49,379 bases of DNA from a virus (lineage: Duplodnaviria; Heunggongvirae; Uroviricota; Caudoviricetes): the IMG/VR virus record IMGVR_UViG_3300028832_000101, positions 1 to 49,379 of that record; one strand, 5' to 3'. Positions within the stretch are counted from its first letter, which is position 1; each line of letters starts with the position of its first letter. The position numbers and the translations under genes were made by a program. The notes beneath the pieces were generated by a model that worked only from the letters and a program-made list of their open reading frames with translations, was not told where the DNA came from and did no database searches. Below are positions 42,267 to 49,379 of this stretch, one piece after another.

Positions 42267-42638
42267 CTACTTACTAGATAAGTAGAAACCTTCTTTATCA
42301 AAACCAACTGAATTACCTTCAGTTTCTAACCATTCTTCTAATGTTATATAATCATAAATATTAGGATAATCTACAATAGAAAGCGGTAATTCAAAATCTT
42401 TAATTAAAGTATTATAATTTCTCTTTATAAAATTAAGTAAAGTATCTTTTTGGTCTTCGTCTTTATCTATCATAATATCACTTTTTTTAGTTAATTCACT
42501 AAGAATATCAAAAGCGAATTCTTTCCAAAAACCATTTAATTCAAATAAAGAGATAATACTTAAATCATATTTATTAATATATAAAGTTTTCTTTTTTAAC
42601 CATTCTAATTCATAGTCATCTAATCTTTTAATTAACAT
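42267..42638 (-). CDS. Hypothetical protein, 123 aa
   Basis: GAAGGA RBS; lies between the two Trp tRNA genes. Confidence 0.7.
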   Translation of the reverse strand: MLIKRLDDYELEWLKKKTLYINKYDLSIISLFELNGFWKEFAFDILSELTKKSDIMIDKDEDQKDTLLNFIKRNYNTLIKDFELPLSIVDYPNIYDYITLEEWLETEGNSVGFDKEGFYLSSK

Positions 42639-42657
42639 ATTATTCCTTCTTTCAAAA

Positions 42658-42731
42658 TGGCAGGGCGACAAGGATTTGAACCCTGATACACAGTTTTGGA
42701 GACTGTAGTCCTACCATTGGACGATCGCCCT
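42658..42731 (-). tRNA. trnW: tRNA-Trp(CCA), canonical
   Basis: A1-U72, loop CT CCA AA, G73, CCA. Confidence 0.93.
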
Positions 42732-42734
42732 ATA

Positions 42735-42825
42735 TGGCGCTCACTAGAGGATTCGAACCTCTGTGTCGATCGCTCGGCCTAACTGTTTAGTAGACAGTCC
42801 TCTTCACCAACTTGAGTAAGTGAGC
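42735..42825 (-). tRNA. trnS: tRNA-Ser(ACT), rare A34 anticodon
   Basis: ACTGT-CT ACT AA-ACAGT, long variable arm, G73, CCA. Confidence 0.88.
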
Positions 42826-42829
42826 AAAA

Positions 42830-42906
42830 TGGTGGGAGTACTAGGACTCGAACCTAGGACCCCCTGCTTGTAAGGCAGGTGCTCTAACCAACTGAGCTAT
42901 ACTCCC
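42830..42906 (-). tRNA. trnV: tRNA-Val(TAC)
   Basis: Loop CT TAC AA, CCA. Confidence 0.93.
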
Positions 42907-42911
42907 ACATA

Positions 42912-42986
42912 TGGTTGGCCCACTAGGGTTCGAACCTAGAAATGTCAGAGTCAAAGTCTGATGTGTTACCATTTCACCATGGACCA
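42912..42986 (-). tRNA. trnQ: tRNA-Gln(TTG)
   Basis: U1-A72, loop CT TTG AC, CCA. Confidence 0.92.
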
Positions 42987-43037
42987 ATAAGTAAAGGCTG
43001 CGGCCATCGGTGTTATTATCTTTGACCGCGGCCGCTG

Positions 43038-43241
43038 CTAAATTCTTGTGATGTTCAACTTTGTAATCCCATTAGCTTTTATCTCTCTTTTTGTGAGAGC
43101 TGCTGCAAGTTTAACCATATTGGTAAGTTTATTCCACTTTTTATACCAATATTTAGCAAGTAGTTTTTTCCCTTTCATATCGTATTCACGATATTTACAG
43201 AAAGCCATTTGCTCTTGCATTAAAAGTTCTTGTTCTTTCAT
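43038..43241 (-). CDS. Hypothetical protein, 67 aa
   Basis: ORF between tRNAs. Confidence 0.65.
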   Translation of the reverse strand: MKEQELLMQEQMAFCKYREYDMKGKKLLAKYWYKKWNKLTNMVKLAAALTKREIKANGITKLNITRI

Positions 43242-43280
43242 TGTTTTCTCACTTTCTATAAAATATAATAATTTTCAAAA

Positions 43281-43356
43281 TGGTGGAGGATAGGAGATTC
43301 GAACTCCTGACCCCTACATTGCAAGTGTAGTGCTCTACCAACTGAGCTAATCCCCC
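43281..43356 (-). tRNA. trnA: tRNA-Ala(TGC)
   Basis: G3.U70, loop CT TGC AA, CCA. Confidence 0.93.
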
Positions 43357-43364
43357 ATATATTA

Positions 43365-43748
43365 TTAGGCGGGCATTGCCGCCTTTTTAACTATTTCTAG
43401 TTTAAATATTATATTATTATATTTAAAAGTAATAAACTTTCCACTATTTGTAGTATATTCAATATTATTTTCTTTTAATTTATCACATATTTTTTCAACA
43501 ACAAAATCTTTATCAGTATCTCTTAATGCTTTTTTCCCATCATTAGTAAGTAAAGATGTGCCTTTTTTAAAATCAACTGAATAAATTTTATCATTAACAA
43601 ATATTAAATTGAATATACCTTCTCCTGATAAAGAATATTTTCTCATATAATTATCCCCAAATATTCCTTTAAGAAAATCTAATCCAAATGGATATTCATA
43701 ATCACTAAAATATTCATAATTATCAAAAAATTTTCTCATACTTATCAC
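43365..43748 (-). CDS. Hypothetical protein; C-terminus resembles paralogs C/C'
   Basis: SGKFITFKY...FKLEIVKK versus KIITFTY...FKIDL. Confidence 0.7.
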   Translation of the reverse strand: MISMRKFFDNYEYFSDYEYPFGLDFLKGIFGDNYMRKYSLSGEGIFNLIFVNDKIYSVDFKKGTSLLTNDGKKALRDTDKDFVVEKICDKLKENNIEYTTNSGKFITFKYNNIIFKLEIVKKAAMPA

Positions 43749-43802
43749 TTCTTTCTTATAAATATTATATAATAATTTTATAAAAAAGTAAAATAAGATA
43801 TA

Positions 43803-44032
43803 AAAATGGCAATTTATTGAGCAATTTTATGCCTTAGGTCAAGTAGATTTTCTCCGTGAATTACAGTCCGTTACCAGATCCGCGCTTTCGCTTTAAAACT
43901 CCGACATGGGGTTACCCCTCATATGACTTGATTACCACTTAGTACATACTGTAATCTCAATAAATATCGCTCTAGAAGTTTTCCTTCACAATAATTTGTG
44001 TATATAACTAGAATAGCGTGCCATTATAAATA
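43803..44032 (-). ncRNA. Candidate pseudoknotted ncRNA, about 230 nt
   Basis: Perfect helices 43956-65/43812-21, 43948-55/43860-67 and 43926-31/43839-44; the last two cross. Confidence 0.55.
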
Positions 44033-44037
44033 AAAAC

Positions 44038-44111
44038 TGGAGCGGGTAGTCGGATTTGAACCGGCGTTATCTGCTTGGAAGGCAGAAGTCCTACCACTGA
44101 ACGATACCCGC
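44038..44111 (-). tRNA. trnG: tRNA-Gly(TCC)
   Basis: Loop CT TCC AA, U73, CCA. Confidence 0.93.
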
Positions 44112-44117
44112 ATTAAA

Positions 44118-44193
<76 letters not shown>

Positions 44194-44567
44194 ATAGAAG
44201 ATAGATTAGACGCATCTAATCTATCAGGTGGGATCCGAAGACACTCCACCGCAATTCATTAATATTGACAGCAGTTTATTTAAAATAAACTTACACGAGC
44301 TCTTCTATTTTTTGTTTTACCTTAAAGGTCGCCGAAGATAGGCTGGGGCTGTCATCTCCCATCTAAATGATGTCGTGTACATCGCTACTCAATGAGTATG
44401 TAGAGCCACGTTCTCTACTCGTGCCTTTTTATAGATACTAAATCTACTCCGGGACAGCCTTATAAGTCTGCTAAGCAGTGAACCCTCTGCCGTGTTAAAT
44501 TGGAGAACTTTCCTTAATTTATATTGCGACTTTCAGCCTTCTCCATCCCTGGCCCCGCCCTTATTTA

Positions 44568-44858
44568 TTATTCAACATTTTCTTCTTCTTCGTCATCTAT
44601 TTCAATTTCTTCAATTTTTTCAACTTCATTAAGTTCCCTTACTTTTGATATTTTAAATTTTACTCCTGTAAAATCTTCTGCATCTAGAATAACATCACAT
44701 TTATTCCAAGCATCTTCTACTTTTGATATTGCATCATCTTCATCTTCAGCATATACTTCAACTTTTCTTTTTAAAGTTTCTATAATATTTATAGTATATA
44801 ACTTTTGATTTGGAACTTCTTCTACAAATAATTGAGTAATTTTATTCATATTTATCAT
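44568..44858 (-). CDS. DpnD/PcfM-like small acidic protein
   Basis: Y.I.I.ETLKR.VEV.AE.EDDAI..V pattern. Confidence 0.6.
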   Translation of the reverse strand: MINMNKITQLFVEEVPNQKLYTINIIETLKRKVEVYAEDEDDAISKVEDAWNKCDVILDAEDFTGVKFKISKVRELNEVEKIEEIEIDDEEEENVE

Positions 44859-45065
44859 CTCCTCTTTTGTTTTCTTATAAATATTATATAATTATTTTTA
44901 AAAATAATCAAATAATATTCAAAGTCAGCTGACAATAGAATATAATTTTCTATTGTCAGCCAATGGAAAGAAGGTTTAGTGAAACAATATTTATTGTTCC
45001 ACTATATATATTTCAAAAATTCTTCAATAGACTTATCTAAAATTGACTAATTTGTTAGTTTTCTA

Positions 45066-45140
45066 TGGTGTTCTCTCTAGGACTCGAACCCAGAATTTAT
45101 GGTCCGTGGCCATATGTTTTATCCATTAGACTAAGAGAAC
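45066..45140 (-). tRNA. trnR: tRNA-Arg(ACG) with C33
   Basis: TATGG-CC ACG GA-CCATA, CCA. Confidence 0.85.
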
Positions 45141-45645
45141 AAAAGGCGCGGCAACTGGTTAAGTCTTTCAATGACCTAGATTGATAACTTTCCAATTTGC
45201 CGCTAATATATGTTTTAGGCAAACCTCTATTTTGTTTCACACATTTGTTTACTGCATAGAGTGAGATAGTTTTTCCTAACTTACGATGTTAGTACTCATT
45301 TTCTCGACTTATAAGAGAGACCTTCTCTATAGGTCTAGTCCGTACCATATAGCAAGGGGAGCATTGGCATGACCGTCTCCCGAGCAAATGCAACCATGTT
45401 CATATACCCTGTAATTTTTCTTAAATAGGAATTCGGGTTAAATCTGTACCAAAATCACAAAAGATAGATTTCAATTCCAATCAATATTGATATTTTAAAT
45501 ATTACTAATATTAATAATATATAATAAACCCTAATCTTTCCAAATTTAATACTCTTATAATAAATAATAAATTTTTCTATATATACCATTAATATCTTTT
45601 CATATTTACACTTATATTATAATTTAATTTTTTGTAAAAATCAAA

Positions 45646-45801
45646 CTATCTTTTTGATTTTTCTACTTTATATTCAATATTATATGCTTTTAATATTTCT
45701 TCTAATTGAGGCCCAATAAACCATAATCTAATAGGTTTTCTTTTATTAGGCATTTTTATCTTATACATTTTTTTAACTCCATAATAATGTATTATTCCCA
45801 T
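45646..45801 (-). CDS. Small basic protein, 51 aa
   Basis: GAGGA RBS, TAG stop; below ORF-track cutoff. Confidence 0.55.
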   Translation of the reverse strand: MGIIHYYGVKKMYKIKMPNKRKPIRLWFIGPQLEEILKAYNIEYKVEKSKR

Positions 45802-45886
45802 TTTTTATCGTCCTCTCTTTTTTCTTATAATTATTATATAAAATATTTTTATAAAAAACAAAAAGAGGTTTTTAAACCTCTTATAT

Positions 45887-45982
45887 TTACATACTACAAG
45901 CAACAAAACCTAAAGTAATTAAAGTAATTATAACTATCTCTGCGGTTAATATGCCCATTAATATTAATTTTAATTTTTGCAT
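45887..45982 (-). CDS. 31-aa hydrophobic peptide after transglycosylase
   Basis: Starts 4 nt after upstream stop; single TM stretch; terminator follows. Confidence 0.5.
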   Translation of the reverse strand: MQKLKLILMGILTAEIVIITLITLGFVACSM

Positions 45983-45985
45983 ATT

Positions 45986-46567
45986 TTAATACCAACCATA
46001 TTTTTTAAAATGACTTCATGCTTTACATGGAGAGCCATAGCCTTTTCTCCATCTTATATAATTAACACCCCATCTAATTTGAGCTTGCCAATCATAACTA
46101 CCTTGTTGCGCTTTAATTTTACTACAAGGAAGAGCTTGAGGAATTCCACATGCCCCAGATGATCTGTTTCTAGATCTAGGGTTCCATCCACTTTCTCTTT
46201 GCCATAAATTAATTAAACAACTCATTTGAGTATCATCATATCCGCCTATAGATTTAGCATAATTATAATATTCTTCTCTGCTAGCAGTAGCAACATTTAA
46301 TGGTGAATAATATTTTTTCTTTTTCTTAGTAGTTTTTTTCTTTTTTGTAGATTTTTTAACAGTTTTCTTCTTAGTAGATTTTTTCTTTTTTGTAGATTTC
46401 TTAGATGTTTTTTTCTTATTACTCTTGAGTAATATCTCTTGATTAACAACTGTTTCATATTCAACATTAGTAGAATATGATTTATTTGTATAAAGAACTC
46501 CTCCTATTATCATTAATGTAAACATTAATATAAATAATATCACTGTAATTTTTATTTGTGTTTTCAT
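45986..46567 (-). CDS. Secreted lytic-transglycosylase-like (SLT/Rpf-like) protein, 193 aa with one TGA read as Trp
   Basis: Signal anchor, Lys-rich linker, RESGWNP, GIPQALP; readthrough gives GSPCKA-W-SHFKKYGWY. Confidence 0.88.
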
Positions 46568-46568
46568 C

Positions 46569-47177
46569 TTATTTTTTACCTACCCTTAATATTTCTATTG
46601 ATACATTTTTTTGTATCCCTAATTTGCTTGACTTTTTTTCACTTTCAACAAGTAAATCTATAGTTCTACATCCGACTCCTCTGTCTAGAACAATAGCAGT
46701 CAAATCCCCGCCAAGTTTGTAGTTTTTAATTTTTATAATTGAATATAATTTATATTTACTACACATGGCAACTATTCTTAGTTTTCCATATTTCGAGTCG
46801 TTATAATATATAGTATTCTTTACATTATAACCACTTGCAGTATTACCTCCACATCCGCGGCAATCTGGACCATAATGAGTTAACTTATATGTTCCTGATG
46901 ATTGTGCACTTTTACTATTATTAGTAGTTCTTTTTTTAGTAGTGGTAACTTTTTTCTTTTTTGCAGTGGCTTTTTTTACAGAAGTTACAACTGTAGTAGT
47001 CGTCGTAGTTGTAGAAGTTGTTGTTGTTGGTATAGTAGTTTCAATAGTTGAAATAGTTGTTGTTTCTTCTGTTTTTATAGGTTTATTATTTTGAGATAAT
47101 TTATATATTCCAAATAATGCCCCTATAAATATAAGAACACTTATCCCAATAATTAAAAACTTTTTTATAAAAAACAT
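46569..47177 (-). CDS. Secreted 3D-domain (double-psi barrel) protein, 202 aa
   Basis: Signal anchor, Thr/Lys linker, LTHY..TASG, VLDRG, TIDL. Confidence 0.75.
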   Translation of the reverse strand: MFFIKKFLIIGISVLIFIGALFGIYKLSQNNKPIKTEETTTISTIETTIPTTTTSTTTTTTTVVTSVKKATAKKKKVTTTKKRTTNNSKSAQSSGTYKLTHYGPDCRGCGGNTASGYNVKNTIYYNDSKYGKLRIVAMCSKYKLYSIIKIKNYKLGGDLTAIVLDRGVGCRTIDLLVESEKKSSKLGIQKNVSIEILRVGKK

Positions 47178-47193
47178 CTCCTTAATTTATATT

Positions 47194-47517
47194 TTATAAG
47201 CCTAATGCGGCAAGTAAATCTTTTACATTTGATTTTTCTTCTTCAGTAGGCTCAATTACTTTTTCTTCTTTTTGATTAAAATTAATTGCATTATTGTTTT
47301 CTTTTAAAACAACATTACTAGATCCAGGAATAGCATTATCATCTCCTGGTTCAACATTATCTTTTGCAGCAGTTAAAGTGACTTTAATTTGAACTAATTC
47401 CCCATCTTCCATAATAGGAACTCTTAATTCTTTTCCATCATTATATAAGAAAGCTCCATCAAAAATTGATTGGATTTTCTTCATAACTTCTGCTTTTGCA
47501 ATTTGTCCTCTAGCCAT
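47194..47517 (-). CDS. Hypothetical protein, 107 aa
   Basis: Coupled to upstream gene (TAATG overlap). Confidence 0.75.
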   Translation of the reverse strand: MARGQIAKAEVMKKIQSIFDGAFLYNDGKELRVPIMEDGELVQIKVTLTAAKDNVEPGDDNAIPGSSNVVLKENNNAINFNQKEEKVIEPTEEEKSNVKDLLAALGL

Positions 47518-48338
47518 TATTCTTCCTCCTTTTCCATTGTTACCATTAAACCAGCTTGTTCTAAGTTCTTAGATAAATCTTTTACATGATTACACATTTG
47601 ACAATTTCCGCCTTTCATGCATTCTCGATTGCATCTGATTCTTTTCTTTACGAATCTAGGCACTATATATCTACTATCAAGAGTTTCATGCAAACCTATG
47701 ATTATCTCTTTTAAATCTCCAAACCATTTTTTTTCTTTTTTATATACTTCATATAATACATTAATTTTTTTATTTTCTCCATAGAATTCACATACATCTA
47801 CATAAGGTTCATAAAAATCAATATCTTCAGGTCTAATTCAAAATTTCTTTAAATCATCTAATCCTTCCCAACTTGCTTGTGCAACATTTGGGAATACTCT
47901 AATTTGAATATTATGTTCATGCGCGATTGCCGCAATCTTATCTAGTTCAAATCCTAAACCTTCAACTATATATAAATCTGAAACCCCATAATCAATATAA
48001 CCTAGAACTCGATCTCAATCATTAATTTTTGTATCAAAGAAAAATTTACTATCTGGATATTCATTTAACATTATATCTAATTCTTCATTTCTCATTGGAA
48101 ATCTTATATATAATATTAAATCTGAATGTTCTTTTTGAAAATCTAATATATCTTTTACCTTATTTTCTTGTAAACTTTTTTCTAAATTTTCCATACAAAC
48201 ATTAATTCTTTGATTTTTATGTTCATTACAAAAGGTCAATAAAGCATCTAAATTTTCTACTCTATTATAAAAAATATTTATTTCGTCAGCTTTATCTAAT
48301 AATATACCTTCTTTGTTTCAATCAATACAGTATTTCAT
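47517..48338 (-). CDS. U32-peptidase-like protein with C-terminal Cys cluster, 273 aa with three TGA read as Trp
   Basis: GAAGGAG RBS; TGA at 48318, 48015 and 47838; F-W-IRPED motif; CNREC...CQMC. Confidence 0.7.
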
Positions 48339-48390
48339 TTTAGCTCCTTCTAGTTAAAAAGAGAGGTATAGACCTCCCTTTGTTTAACAA

Positions 48391-48792
48391 TTAAGCAATT
48401 TTATATGCTTTTTTAGTTTTACCATCTTCAGTTTTAATGTCAGCTTTTTCTGCTAACCCATTGGCAACTAATTGAGTTAAACGAGCTCTAACCTTTGCAA
48501 TAGTTAAGTCTTCTACATCTAGTTGTTCAAATATTTCATCAGCAGTTTGTAGTTCATCTGTTAAAACTGATTTAACAGTTTCTCTTAAAGCATCTCCTTC
48601 TGCCTTTTTTGCGGCAGCTCTTTCTTTAGCCTTTTCAGACTTATTATCAATTGATGCGATTTGAGAATTAATGAAGTAGATTATTTCTTCTTTATTTTCT
48701 ACATTTGCATTTTCTACTATTTGCTCTAACATTTCAAAATATTCTCTTTTAGTTATCTTTTTCTTTTCGTCCATACTATTTTCCTCCTTCAT
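48391..48792 (-). CDS. Winged-HTH family protein, fifth paralog
   Basis: KITKREYF N-terminus, TADEIF..LTIAKVRARLTQLV. Confidence 0.75.
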   Translation of the reverse strand: MKEENSMDEKKKITKREYFEMLEQIVENANVENKEEIIYFINSQIASIDNKSEKAKERAAAKKAEGDALRETVKSVLTDELQTADEIFEQLDVEDLTIAKVRARLTQLVANGLAEKADIKTEDGKTKKAYKIA

Positions 48793-48834
48793 TATATTTT
48801 TATTATAGCATAAAATTTTTTAGCTATCAACATT

Positions 48835-49107
48835 TTAGAACTCATCATTATTCATTTTGCATTTTATAATATAAAGTAATTCATGTTCATCAGAGATAGT
48901 TAAATCATCTAAACTATAATCTAATTCATATAAAGCATGTTCTAAAATTTGCATTGGTGTTGCCGCACCATGAACTTTTAATCCTTTTAGAACAACTAAA
49001 ACTTGCTCTTTTACTTCATTACTATTTCTTATATGATAGCGAATACCATCTATAATTGCATTTTGTCCATCTTTACTTGGATCGAATGGATTTTCAAATC
49101 TAAACAT
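48835..49107 (-). CDS. Hypothetical protein, 90 aa
   Basis: GAAGGA RBS. Confidence 0.7.
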   Translation of the reverse strand: MFRFENPFDPSKDGQNAIIDGIRYHIRNSNEVKEQVLVVLKGLKVHGAATPMQILEHALYELDYSLDDLTISDEHELLYIIKCKMNNDEF

Positions 49108-49123
49108 AATTCATCATTCCTTC

Positions 49124-49369
49124 CTATTTATCTTCTATTTTAGTATATTCTCTTACAGAAATTGTGCTGTTTCCTTTTGTACAAACAAGATGTCCTTTAT
49201 TTGTTCCACAATATGAAGCAGTTCCTTTATTTCCTTGATAATCTATATATTCATAATGATTTGAATTAACTGTGCAACAAACAGTTAATATAAACATAAT
49301 TATAATTAATACTGTAACTATTAAACAACCTATTAATATACTCCTATCTTTTTCTTCCATCTGTTTCAC
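49124..49369 (-). CDS. Small membrane-anchored protein
   Basis: N-terminal hydrophobic helix. Confidence 0.65.
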   Translation of the reverse strand: MKQMEEKDRSILIGCLIVTVLIIIMFILTVCCTVNSNHYEYIDYQGNKGTASYCGTNKGHLVCTKGNSTISVREYTKIEDK

Positions 49370-49379
49370 TTCCTTTTCT

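Noticed and set aside
43803-44032. Group I intron
   Set aside because: There is no interrupted host gene, the R/S (P7) sequences are absent, and the helix order differs from P3/P7.
44200-44540. RNase P RNA call
   Set aside because: Only a partial CR-I-like word is present; I could not build a convincing P4 helix or CR-IV/CR-V. Kept only as an unassigned candidate.
45887-45982. Holin or lipopeptide signal identity for the 31-aa peptide
   Set aside because: A single hydrophobic stretch and an imperfect lipobox (FVAC) are not enough for a functional call.

Overview
This is an AT-rich segment of a large tailed phage with a Bacillota/Bacilli-type host inferred. Layout: 0.1-15.8 kb (-) virion module (terminase, portal, protease/scaffold, capsid, neck, tail tube); 16-24.6 kb (+) small genes behind 18 near-consensus sigma70 promoters, punctuated by 8 related GC-rich hairpins; 25.5-35.3 kb (-) regulatory and accessory genes (replication-initiator-like, SigA-like sigma factor, SSB, kinase, phosphoesterase); 35.5-45.5 kb (-) RNA island (25 tRNAs for all 20 amino acids, tmRNA, a ~660-nt ROOL/GOLLD-like RNA, tRNA-like variants); 45.6-49.4 kb (-) cell-wall enzymes and others. 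The phage reads TGA as Trp: 14 in-frame TGA codons rejoin split ORFs into 10 genes, and confidently called genes end in TAA or TAG. The top candidate for a new system is a 96-nt tRNA-Trp at 42162-42257 with two tandem anticodon arms, UCA (reads UGA) then CCA (reads UGG). All calls are by eye, with no database search.
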